From: Methanomethylovorans hollandica DSM 15978
GTDB taxonomy: Archaea; Halobacteriota; Methanosarcinia; Methanosarcinales; Methanosarcinaceae
DNA: 64,000 nucleotides
Reading direction: 5' to 3'
Assembly (NCBI RefSeq): GCF_000328665.1
Contig: NC_019977.1
Span: forward strand, 248,001-312,000
Shown: positions 50,837 to 60,124 of the stretch, in pieces
Layout: every line of letters begins with the position of its first letter
How positions within the stretch are numbered: the stretch's first letter is position 1
Position numbers and translations under genes: made by a program
The notes under the pieces: generated by a model
The model's input: the letters and a program-made list of their open reading frames with translations, nothing else
What the model was told of the DNA's origin: nothing
Databases searched by the model: none

Positions 50837-51928
50837 ATGAAAAGAATGCTATTACTTATACTCTTTATATTATTTTCCACATCACATGCTTTTGCAGCAA
50901 CTTATGTGGACTCTGCTGCGATCAACGTTGATATTATAAGCCAGGAACCTAATCCTGCAAGACCAGGCGAAAGCGCTGAACTGGCTCTCAGTGTGCAGAA
51001 CATCGGGAATGAAAATCTAAAGAACATAGTTGTGACTGCACAACCTGATTATCCATTCTCACAGTTAGATGGTGAATCTTTGACCCGGACAATATCCTAT
51101 CTCAATGCAAGACAGGATGATGCTGCAACAGTGAAATTGAAACTAAAGGTGGCCAGTGATGTGCCAGCGGGCACATATGAACTGGACATCGTTACAACGG
51201 ATTCCACAGGTACTACCAAAACCACTACCCTGGATATTGAAGTAAGGGGAAAGGAATACTCTCAGATAGTGAAGATCAGCAAGTCTAGTATAGACTTTGC
51301 AACTGAGGAACAACTCGATTTCTTAGTTACAAATACCGGCAGTTCATCCTTGAAGAACATGCAGCTATCCTGGATGGATACCACTGGTACCATCTTACCC
51401 GTGTACTCGGACAATACCATGTACATAAGCTCTCTGGCAGCCAATGAATCTGTGACTGTAACTTATATAGTGATGGCAGATGTGAATGCTAATCCGGGTC
51501 TTTACCAGCTGGACATCACACTTAAACTAGAGGACTATAACTCCAATTTCAGTAAGATTTCGACAACTGTAGGCCTATTTGTTGGTGGTGGGACTAATTT
51601 TGATGTAGCTTTCTCAGATAATTCTGATGGAGATATATCGTTCTCAATAGCTAATGTAGGTAACAATGAAGCATATTCAGTAAAAGTATCGATACCAAAA
51701 CAGGATCTATACAGCGTATCAGGTAGCTCCTCTTCCATCGTCGGCAACCTCGAAAAAGGTGATTATACAATTGCTTCATTCACTGTTTCACAAGAGGGGC
51801 CAGGAGTCATTCCAAATAGTACTGGTGGTGAGCAGGACAACAAAGGAGCTGTAGGTCTCATATCAGGTGTTATTCCTGCATACAAAGCATCAAAAATGAA
51901 GCCTGTAGCCGCTTTGAGGTATGAGTGA
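50837..51928 (+). pseudogene. COG1361 S-layer-like protein, truncated and fused in frame to an ABC permease C-terminus
   Basis: SQEPNPARPGE, VQNIG, ANVGNNEAYSV, IVGNLEKGDYT; last 26 aa AVGLISGVIPAYKASKMKPVAALRYE match the MacB/FtsX permease terminus. Confidence 0.75.
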
Positions 51929-52099
51929 TCATGCCTGCTTTTTAAAAGATAGACAATATGAACAGGCCACTTGTACAGAGGCTGTTACTTTGTGTCATTG
52001 CAATAGGTTATGTGAATATTGTTCGATCATGATTCATTTTCCGTCTATCCGCGACAATTATTTATAATTTTGTAACCCTCATTATAAGGGGTAAACAAA

Positions 52100-52411
52100 A
52101 TGCTTGAGCCGTCATGGGTCTTTGCTCTTAATGCAGAGGAGCTTAAAGAGAATTCTTTAAAGCTTGTGGAGCTTAACGATAAGCCTGTGCTTTTGATCCG
52201 AAAAGAAGGCCAGATCTATGCTCTGTCCAACAAATGCAAACATATGGGTTGTCCTCTTTCAGCTGGCACTCTTGAAGATCACACCCTGAGGTGTTCATGT
52301 CATGGGTGGAGATACGATATTAAGACCGGAGATTATCTTGGTTCCAGGGATATTGTCCTGAAGGTATATGAGAACAAGACCGAGGAAGGTAAAATTTTTA
52401 TATATATCTAA
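52100..52411 (+). CDS. Rieske [2Fe-2S] ferredoxin
   Basis: CKHMGCPL..G..CSCHGWRYDIKTG. Confidence 0.92.
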   Translation: MLEPSWVFALNAEELKENSLKLVELNDKPVLLIRKEGQIYALSNKCKHMGCPLSAGTLEDHTLRCSCHGWRYDIKTGDYLGSRDIVLKVYENKTEEGKIFIYI

Positions 52412-52414
52412 TAA

Positions 52415-52564
52415 AAAGGAAAGGTGTCCTCTATAGATGATCAATGTATTCAGATGTGGTGTCCACCCGAGGATGGGGTACTCGATGGTTTTGTCCTTAA
52501 ATATGGCTGTCATAACTGGGGTTTCAATATAAGGACCGAGAAGAACGCGGACACAGGTATATGA
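52415..52564 (+). pseudogene. Degenerate Rieske ferredoxin fragment
   Basis: KGKVSSIDDQCIQMWCPPEDGVLDGFVLKYGCHNWGFNIRTE aligns without gaps to both neighbours, with two Fe-S ligands lost. Confidence 0.7.
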
Positions 52565-52604
52565 AGGTAATATTTCAATAATTATTTAAATAACGGAGGT
52601 TTGC

Positions 52605-52928
52605 ATGTCTGAGGGAAACTGGGTTTATGTACTTGAAACGGCAGAGCTGGTAGATGGTGAAAAGAAAGCTCTGGTTGTAGATGGCCAGAGAATAGCACTG
52701 ATCAAAAAAGGTAATGAGCTTTTTGCCATCTCAAATAAATGTGTACATATGGAATGCCCTTTATCCAAAGGTGAACTTGAAGGATATATTATCAAATGCC
52801 CATGCCACGACTGGAGATTTGATATCCGCAGCGGAGAGTTCCTTGATGCAAGGGAGCTTAAGGTTGATGTCTATGAACTGCAAGTATCTGATGGTAAGAT
52901 ATATTTAAAAATAAAAGGTGAGAACTAA
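52605..52928 (+). CDS. Rieske [2Fe-2S] ferredoxin
   Basis: CVHMECPL..G..CPCHDWRFDIRSG; GGAGGT RBS. Confidence 0.92.
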   Translation: MSEGNWVYVLETAELVDGEKKALVVDGQRIALIKKGNELFAISNKCVHMECPLSKGELEGYIIKCPCHDWRFDIRSGEFLDARELKVDVYELQVSDGKIYLKIKGEN

Positions 52929-53176
52929 TGAAGAAGGTAATGATGTATACTCTGAGTACCTGTCCTTGGTGCAAGAAAAGCAAGAGTTTCTTTGCCGAGA
53001 AGAACATTCCTTTTGAATTCATAGATTATGATAAGGCCAGTGAGGAAGAAAAGCAAAAGATAAGGGAAGTATGTTCTACATATGGAGAAGGTATAGCTTT
53101 CCCGTTCGTCATAATCGGTGATGATGCTGTAGTGGGATACAATCCTCAGAAATATATGAAACTCCTGGAATCATGA
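52928..53176 (+). CDS. Glutaredoxin/NrdH-like protein
   Basis: YTLSTCPWCKK, FPFVIIGD..VGY. Confidence 0.9.
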   Translation: MKKVMMYTLSTCPWCKKSKSFFAEKNIPFEFIDYDKASEEEKQKIREVCSTYGEGIAFPFVIIGDDAVVGYNPQKYMKLLES

Positions 53177-53188
53177 AGAGGACTCGAG

Positions 53189-53542
53189 ATGGATGTGGAG
53201 AAAAGAAAGCAAAGGCTCAGGGAAATGTTCCAGAGGGTGGTGGATCCTCTGGGGTACAAGTTCAGCCCTGATGAAGAAATAGTGGATTTCCTGCTGGAAC
53301 AGGAAGTCATGCTGGAACAGGAGCATGGTCATCCCTTCTGCCCCTGCCAGGGCCTTACGGGAGAGCGAGAGCTCGATATGAAGATCGTATGCCCGTGTAT
53401 CCCATTTCACAGAGCTCATTTCGATGCAATGAAACGCTGCTGGTGTGGTCTGTACGTGCATAAGGACGTTGAGGACCCGGATAGTCTGGTACAGATCTCA
53501 CGTTGTGAGTTCGAACAGATGCAAAAGGAGGGTAAGGTATAA
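53189..53542 (+). CDS. Ferredoxin:thioredoxin reductase catalytic-subunit family protein
   Basis: GHPFCPC, VCPC, RCWCGLYV (CPC-CPC-CxC pattern). Confidence 0.9.
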   Translation: MDVEKRKQRLREMFQRVVDPLGYKFSPDEEIVDFLLEQEVMLEQEHGHPFCPCQGLTGERELDMKIVCPCIPFHRAHFDAMKRCWCGLYVHKDVEDPDSLVQISRCEFEQMQKEGKV

Positions 53543-53544
53543 TA

Positions 53545-53984
53545 AAGGAAGATCCGGTGATCTCAAATATCAAGATAAGACTGTTATGAAACAAATGTCC
53601 ACTCATTGCAATCCCAGGCTGCTTCAGCAGCTTGAGGGAGTGAACATCGATGCGGCCGCAGATTTCAAGAAGATGCTCAAAACAGAAGAGTTCGATATCT
53701 TCTACGATGCTCCCTTATTGATCATAGTGCTGGGGAAAAAAAATGCTCCTACAGCGGATTTCGATTGTGGCATGTGTGCACAGAACATGATGCTTGCAGC
53801 CCATTCTATGGGCATTGGGAGCTGCTGGGTAGGCACTGCATGTCTTGTTCGGGACAATCCTTAAATGCTACTAAATCTCAAAATCCCCGAAGATTACAAC
53901 GTAGTGGCTCCGATCATTTTTGGATATGGGGATACTGTACCGGCAGCACCACCAAGGAACGATTCGTTCATCACATGGGTATGA
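53545..53984 (+). pseudogene. Nitroreductase family pseudogene
   Basis: IFYDAPLLI..DCGMCAQNMMLAAHSMGIGSCWVG; in-frame TAA 53862-53864, then MLLNLKIPEDYNVVAPIIFGY..; N-terminal RRS.R/APS region missing. Confidence 0.8.
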
Positions 53985-54453
53985 ACTGAAGTTTTATATG
54001 TGCCACCATAGCCACTTTTCTTTTTCATAAAGACCATAGGCAATTTGTGTTAAGTCATCTCTTTTTCTCTTTTCGCTTCTATGTAGCGATGCCTCATAGC
54101 TCTGGATCAAGGGGTAAGAAGAAAAAAATGGTTTATGCCGAAAAAATCATTTTTTATATGTTAGCGCAGATTCATGTGATCTTATGAGTAAGATTTACTA
54201 TATTTTGTAAGATTTATTATACCTTTTATAATGGACTTCGGAATGGAGACTTTACTATACAATCTTTTCATAATGATTATGCAGGGCTGTAACCTAAAAT
54301 ATTATATATGTTGAAATTATAGTTAGCCACTAATGGTTTGCAACTTATGGATGCTAAAATCGCATTCAATAAATGGTGATATCAATACCATAAGTTTCAA
54401 ACAATTGGTTAACAACTATAAACACTACTGATACAGATTGGTGAAGGGATCTA

Positions 54454-57400
54454 GTGAAAAAGATCGCATTGCTACAGAGCTTTGTAGACGAAATACCAAA
54501 CTTATTTTGTAGGCTTGAAATTCATGGTTATTATGTTCACACAAGTTTTCTTCTTGAAGAAAATATAATCGATGAGATCAAAAGAAACCAATATGATGCA
54601 TTTTTACTGGATCTGTCCGGTACGCCGATCGAAGAATTAAGGAAAAATCATTACCTTTCTGAAATAAGTGGTCATATCCCTGTCATTTTGATCGCTCCTT
54701 ATGTGGACTATCCCTTACTGGAGTCGTTAGGTAATGTACACATCTCAGGATGTTTGATACCTCCATTCTCAGATGAGCAATTGTGCTCGACCATTGAATT
54801 GGCATGCCATAATCACAACATTCTAAAAACAAATGCCTATGACATGAAAAATACCCTGTTTGAGAAGGAGAGAAGTTATGCTATGCTTCTCTCGAATCTG
54901 CCTGGTATGGCATATAGGTGTGATAATGATCAGGAATGGACCATGCGATTTGTTTCAGAGGGCTGTTACAAGTTAACAGGTTATGATTCCGAAGCTCTTT
55001 TGCACAATCGGGATATCTCTTATAATAGACTGATCACTCCTGAAAACCAGGCGCATATCTGGAAAAAATATCAGGAAATGCTCGCCAGAAAAGAAACATT
55101 CCAGGATGAGTATACCATAACTACCGCAATCGGAGAGGTTAAATGGGTATGGGAACAGGGAAAAGGAGTTTATGCCGATAATGGTGAGCTAATAGCTATT
55201 GAGGGTTTTATTGCCGATATCACAGAGAAGAAGAAAGTACAGGAAACACTTAGGGAAAGCGAGTCACGCTATCGCAGCCTGTTTGAAAACAATCACTCTG
55301 CCATGCTGGTCATAGATCCTGAAATAGGTTCAATCATAGATGCAAATCCGGCAGCAGTATCTCTCTATGGCTGGACACGTGAAGAACTCAGAAGTAAGAC
55401 CATCAAAGAGATCAACGCATTGTCTCCTTTCGAGGTAAAAGAGGAAATGGACCGTGCAGTTAAAGGCCAGCGTATCCGTTTCTTTTTTAAACATAGTCTC
55501 GCAGATGGTTCTGTCAGAGATGTGGAAGTTTTCAGCAGTCCTATTCTTATGGACAGAAAAATGCTTCTCTACTCCATTATAAATGATATCACAGAGCTTA
55601 ACAGGATGGAACAGGAACTTCTCCTGAACCGGTTCTGTATTGATCATTCAGTTGTGGGGATATTCCGTATTGAAGAGCCTGATGGCAGAATAGTAAGTGT
55701 GAATGATCATGCGTGCCAATCCCTGGGATATTCCCGTGAGGAACTCTGTTCAATGACGGTATTGGATATTGATCCTACATTTACTCCTGAGACATGGATT
55801 GAACACAGGAAAAATGTACGAAAGCTGAAATCGGGAACTATCGAGACAATTCTTTGCAAAAAGGATGGCACAGAATTTCCTGTAGAGATTACTATTAACG
55901 ATATGGAGCATGAGGGGAAAGTATTCTATCTTTCTTTTGCAAAGGATATCACCAAACGCAAGGTTGCAGAACAGGCGCTCAAGGAGAGTGAAGAGTTCTT
56001 CAGGATCACTTTGTACAGTATTGCTGACGGGGTCATTACCACTGATATTAACGGGAATTTAAGGCAAATGAACCATGTTGCTGAAAAGCTGACCGGCTGG
56101 AATGAGGCCGAAGCCAGGGGAAAAAAGGTCGAGGAAATTTTCAATATCTTCAATGAAGATACACGACAGCAGGTTGAGATACCCGTGCGCAGAGTACTGA
56201 GGGAAGGCCGGGTAATGGGCCAGGCAAATCATAAACTGTTGATCTCTAAAGATAATAGGGAAATCCCCATTGCTGATAGTGGCTCGCCTATTGTGAATGA
56301 GAAGGGTGAGATAATCGGAGTTGTGCTGGTGTTCCGTGACCAGAGCGAAGAAAGGAAGGCCCAGAGGTCTCTCCGGGAAAGTGAAGCACGTTTCAGGCAG
56401 CTGGTCGAGAATGCACCTGAAGCTATTTTCGTTCAGGCTAATGGTTGTTTTGCCTATGTCAATCCAGCAGCATTGCGTCTTTTCGGGGTTGATTCGGCCA
56501 GCCAGTTAATAGGGAAGCCTGTTATGGAACGTTTCCATCCGGATTTCCGTGATATTGTCCGTGAACGCATCCATCTTATTAATGATATGCACGAAGAAGT
56601 ACCTAATATCGAGAAGATCTACCTGAGGCTTGACGGCACACCTTTCAATGTAGAGATATCCAGAGTGCCAATAATCTATGATGGTCTTAACGGATCTCTG
56701 GTCTTTTTCAGGGATGTCACCGAACGCAAGCGGGTGGAAAGAGCTCTCATCAGGGCAAAGATGGTTTCGGATGAGGCTAATCGCAGTAAGACCGAATTCC
56801 TGGCCAATACCAGCCATGAACTGAAAACCCCTTTGAATTCTATTATCGGCTTTTCGGAGCTTATGCTTGCCGGCGAGCTGGGAAAGATCAGCAAGCAACA
56901 GAAAAAATACATTGGGACTATACTTGAAAGCGGTTGTATGCTCCTTAATATCGTAAACAAGATATTGGATATATCCAGTATCGACTATGGCCGAATGGAT
57001 CTCAGTTATACTAAATTCAATCTTTGCGATGCTATTCAGGACACCTGTGCAATGATGCAGGCAGCTGCAAACAGGAAATCCATAAAACATGTAGTTGATA
57101 TTGATCCACAGATCAATGGGATAAATGCTGATGCCATCAAGTTCAAGGAGATAGTTTACAATCTTGTGGATAATTCCATAAAGTTCACGCCTTATGGGGG
57201 AATTGTGATCATCACTGCCACTCAGAATGAAAGCCACGTGAAGATATCTGTCACAGATAATGGTATTGGTATAGCAAAAGAGAATATTGAGAGAATATTT
57301 GATCCCTTTTACCAGGTGGATAGTTCCACAACACGCAGGTATGGAGGGACAGGGCTTGGACTTGCCCTTATAAAACAGTTCATAAAAATGCACGGTGGGA

Positions 57401-57528
57401 ACATTTGGGTGGAAAGTGAACCCGGTAAAGGCAGCACTTTCACTTTTACCATTCCCCTAGACTATGGGGAACAACCGATACGTATGTTGCAGGTTTCTGA
57501 AGATCAGGACCTCGATTTTTGTTCATGA
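54454..57528 (+). CDS. Multi-PAS sensor histidine kinase with degenerate N-terminal receiver-like domain
   Basis: About five PAS/PAC repeats; H-box ANTSHELKTPLNSIIGFS; NLVDNSIKFT, DNGIGI, GGTGLGL, GSTFTF. Confidence 0.93.
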   Translation: MKKIALLQSFVDEIPNLFCRLEIHGYYVHTSFLLEENIIDEIKRNQYDAFLLDLSGTPIEELRKNHYLSEISGHIPVILIAPYVDYPLLESLGNVHISGCLIPPFSDEQLCSTIELACHNHNILKTNAYDMKNTLFEKERSYAMLLSNLPGMAYRCDNDQEWTMRFVSEGCYKLTGYDSEALLHNRDISYNRLITPENQAHIWKKYQEMLARKETFQDEYTITTAIGEVKWVWEQGKGVYADNGELIAIEGFIADITEKKKVQETLRESESRYRSLFENNHSAMLVIDPEIGSIIDANPAAVSLYGWTREELRSKTIKEINALSPFEVKEEMDRAVKGQRIRFFFKHSLADGSVRDVEVFSSPILMDRKMLLYSIINDITELNRMEQELLLNRFCIDHSVVGIFRIEEPDGRIVSVNDHACQSLGYSREELCSMTVLDIDPTFTPETWIEHRKNVRKLKSGTIETILCKKDGTEFPVEITINDMEHEGKVFYLSFAKDITKRKVAEQALKESEEFFRITLYSIADGVITTDINGNLRQMNHVAEKLTGWNEAEARGKKVEEIFNIFNEDTRQQVEIPVRRVLREGRVMGQANHKLLISKDNREIPIADSGSPIVNEKGEIIGVVLVFRDQSEERKAQRSLRESEARFRQLVENAPEAIFVQANGCFAYVNPAALRLFGVDSASQLIGKPVMERFHPDFRDIVRERIHLINDMHEEVPNIEKIYLRLDGTPFNVEISRVPIIYDGLNGSLVFFRDVTERKRVERALIRAKMVSDEANRSKTEFLANTSHELKTPLNSIIGFSELMLAGELGKISKQQKKYIGTILESGCMLLNIVNKILDISSIDYGRMDLSYTKFNLCDAIQDTCAMMQAAANRKSIKHVVDIDPQINGINADAIKFKEIVYNLVDNSIKFTPYGGIVIITATQNESHVKISVTDNGIGIAKENIERIFDPFYQVDSSTTRRYGGTGLGLALIKQFIKMHGGNIWVESEPGKGSTFTFTIPLDYGEQPIRMLQVSEDQDLDFCS

Positions 57529-57571
57529 CCGGGATTAATTGCTTCTGATTATTGCTGCGGGAACGCAATGG

Positions 57572-59062
57572 TCATTTTCTATTCCCGTTGAGGGTTTCCA
57601 CTATCTCCTTAAAGCTTTCCAGCCCTGCTTCGATATTCTCTATGATCTCGTTGGCGAGTATGTCAGGGTCTGGCAGGTTGTCCAGGTCTGCCAGGCTTTT
57701 GTCCTTGAGCCAGAAGATGTCCAGATTGGTTTTATCCCTTGATGCTATTTCCTCGTAGGTGAATCTGCGAAACCTGCCTTCGGGATCTTCCCGGCTCCAT
57801 GTTTCCTTGCGCTGGAAACGGTTCTCGGGGTTATAGCAACGGATGAAGTCTTCAAGGTCCGTGAACCTGAGAGGGTTCTTTTTCAGGGTGTGGTGTACGT
57901 TGGTGCGGTAATCGTAGATCCATATTTCCCTGGTCCAGGGTTCTTTGGATGCGGGTTTTGCCTCGAAGAACAGTACATTGGCCTTTACCCCGTGGGCGTA
58001 GAATATGCCGGTGGGCAGGCGCAGGATGGTGTGCAGGTCGGTGGTCTCCAGGAGCTTTTTGCGGACAGTTTCGCCTGCTCCGCCTTCAAAGAGCACGTTG
58101 TCGGGCAGGACTACTGCTGCCTGCCCCCCGGTTTTGAGGATGGTATGAATGTGCTGCACGAAATTAAGCTGCTTATTGCTGGTAGTGACCCAGAAGTCCT
58201 GGCGGTTATAGGTGAGGTCTTCTTTCTCCTGCTCGCCTTCGTCGTTGGTGAAGGTCATGCTGCTCTTCTTTCCGAAGGGCGGGTTGGTGAGCACGTAGTC
58301 GTATCTGATGTTAGGATCGGCTATGAGGGCATCGGAATTGGAGATCATGGGCTCTCCGTCTATTTCTCCGATGTTGTGCAAAAAGAGGTTCATGAGTGCC
58401 AGCCTGCGGGTCCCGGCCACTATTTCATTGCCGCCGAAGGTCTTTGCTTTCAGGAAGCGGCTGTGGTCGCGGTCAGGCTCGTAATTGTTTGTGAGGAAGT
58501 CATAGGCCGCCAGGAAGAAACCGCCTGTACCGCAGCAGGGATCGCCAATGGTCTTCATAGGTTCCGGGCGCAGGCACTGCACCATGGCTTTGATGAGCGG
58601 GCGGGGTGTAAAATACTGGCCGGCTCCGCTTTTAGTGTCTTCTGCGTTCTTCTGCAGGAGACCTTCGTAGATCTCGCCCTTTGTATCCACTCCCATCATG
58701 ACCCAGCTTTCCTTGTCGATCATATCAATGACCTTGTACAGCATGGCAGGGTCGCTGATCTTGTTCTGCGCCTTGAGGAAGATCTGCCCGAGCATGCCGG
58801 GCTTTTTGCCCAGCTCCTCCAGCAGCTCCTTGTAATGGGTATCAAGCTCTGCACCGCGCTTTTGTTTTAACACATCCCATGTGTACTTCTCCGGGATGCC
58901 TATATCCCGGCTGTATGGCGGTTTTCTGTATTCCTCTGCCATCTTGAGGAATATGAGAAAGGTCAGCTGTTCCAGATAATCGCCATAGCTCACGCCTCCG
59001 TCTCGCAGGACATTGCAGAAGCTCCAGACTTTGGAAACGATGGATGATGTGTTCTCAGACAT
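57572..59062 (-). CDS. hsdM: Type I restriction-modification methyltransferase subunit
   Basis: LRDGGVSYGDYLEQLT, GAGQYFTPR, DPCCGTGGF, TNPPFG, VLPDNVLF, LRLPTGIFY; visibly GC-richer than its flanks. Confidence 0.95.
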   Translation of the reverse strand: MSENTSSIVSKVWSFCNVLRDGGVSYGDYLEQLTFLIFLKMAEEYRKPPYSRDIGIPEKYTWDVLKQKRGAELDTHYKELLEELGKKPGMLGQIFLKAQNKISDPAMLYKVIDMIDKESWVMMGVDTKGEIYEGLLQKNAEDTKSGAGQYFTPRPLIKAMVQCLRPEPMKTIGDPCCGTGGFFLAAYDFLTNNYEPDRDHSRFLKAKTFGGNEIVAGTRRLALMNLFLHNIGEIDGEPMISNSDALIADPNIRYDYVLTNPPFGKKSSMTFTNDEGEQEKEDLTYNRQDFWVTTSNKQLNFVQHIHTILKTGGQAAVVLPDNVLFEGGAGETVRKKLLETTDLHTILRLPTGIFYAHGVKANVLFFEAKPASKEPWTREIWIYDYRTNVHHTLKKNPLRFTDLEDFIRCYNPENRFQRKETWSREDPEGRFRRFTYEEIASRDKTNLDIFWLKDKSLADLDNLPDPDILANEIIENIEAGLESFKEIVETLNGNRK

Positions 59063-59119
59063 GGTCTTTATCTCTGGGTTTGGAATAGTATTTTTAATCT
59101 TTTTAGTTGAATTTGATAC

Positions 59120-59218
59120 TCAAAAGCAGTGTTCAACTTGCGGGGTAACTTGCAGGGTAGCTTGCGGGGTCAGTCCTTCACCATCCCGGATGATGCTCTT
59201 CAGTTGCTCGGATATCAT
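59120..59218 (-). pseudogene. Internally deleted remnant of an AlbA_2/Schlafen-HATPase-HTH gene
   Basis: MISEQLKSIIRDGEGLT (AlbA_2-type start) joined to TPQATLQVTPQVE (12-bp linker repeats). Confidence 0.6.
59135..59170. repeat. 3 x 12-bp imperfect tandem repeat
   Basis: AACTTGCGGGGT AACTTGCAGGGT AGCTTGCGGGGT. Confidence 0.8.
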
Positions 59219-59277
59219 GATCTGCCTTGTATCCTTTGTTCTTTCCTATAATTCAAGCTGTGATGAAATAAGTTACT

Positions 59278-60069
59278 TTATTTTTGTGCTTCTCTCATCT
59301 CTTTTTTCATTTTTCTTTTCTGGATATGTTCAAATGTCCACCCGATGGCATTGTAGAGCGGATTGACCGGTACGTTCACATAGTATTTCGTTTTCGGGTC
59401 AAGCCAGCCTTTTTCTTTCCAGTAGGTATGATCGGCTGGCGAGATATGTGCCAGCTCTCCAAAGGTTGCTTTCTGCCCGCGGAAAATGAATACATCCCTA
59501 AGCCCCGGAGATCTACGTGCTTTCTTCATAAGGGCATCGTGAAATATAACTGCTGCTTGCTTAAGCTTCCGTTCATTTTCAAGTTCTGTTTTCATAGGTA
59601 ATGGCACGCGGGTTATAATGCCTACCTTGTGAGATATCTCGAAGCCCCATATACCTGCAACCAGCTCAAGATAATCAAGGACATCCCTGTGACCCATCAG
59701 CCCGGTACTACAGAGGAGCAGCGCCTTCTTATCAAAAAAGCGAGGTCTATGGAATATATATGAAAAGCGATCAATAAAAGTCTTCATCTGTGCAGAAACG
59801 TTCATGCCATAAACAGGTGTTGCAAATATAACTCCGTCAGCATCATGCATTTTCTGCTCGATGAGAGGTGCATCGTCCTTGAAAGGACAATGATCCTCTC
59901 CTTCCCCAAAACAGACAAGACATCCACGGCACTGTGACAGGTTTGCATCTTTGAGCATCAGGTACTCAAATTCAACATCACCCATTGAATGCATGACCTC
60001 TTCTATCTTTTTGGCAGCCCGATAGGTATTGCCCTTGCGCGGACTTCCCATGATCACCAGGATTTTCAT
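59278..60069 (-). CDS. Flavodoxin-fold iron-sulfur flavoprotein / NADPH-dependent FMN reductase family
   Basis: GSPRKGNT, CRGCLVC..CPFKDD, ATPVY..VSAQMKTFIDR; GGAGGT RBS. Confidence 0.88.
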   Translation of the reverse strand: MKILVIMGSPRKGNTYRAAKKIEEVMHSMGDVEFEYLMLKDANLSQCRGCLVCFGEGEDHCPFKDDAPLIEQKMHDADGVIFATPVYGMNVSAQMKTFIDRFSYIFHRPRFFDKKALLLCSTGLMGHRDVLDYLELVAGIWGFEISHKVGIITRVPLPMKTELENERKLKQAAVIFHDALMKKARRSPGLRDVFIFRGQKATFGELAHISPADHTYWKEKGWLDPKTKYYVNVPVNPLYNAIGWTFEHIQKRKMKKEMREAQK

Positions 60070-60124
60070 ATTCTCTACACCTCCCTTTAATATTTGTACA
60101 GTACAAGGTATTATATTTTTATCT

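Noticed and set aside
53862..53864. Internal stop in the nitroreductase as recoding
   Set aside because: It is TAA, not TAG or TGA, and the gene also lacks its N-terminus; ordinary pseudogene
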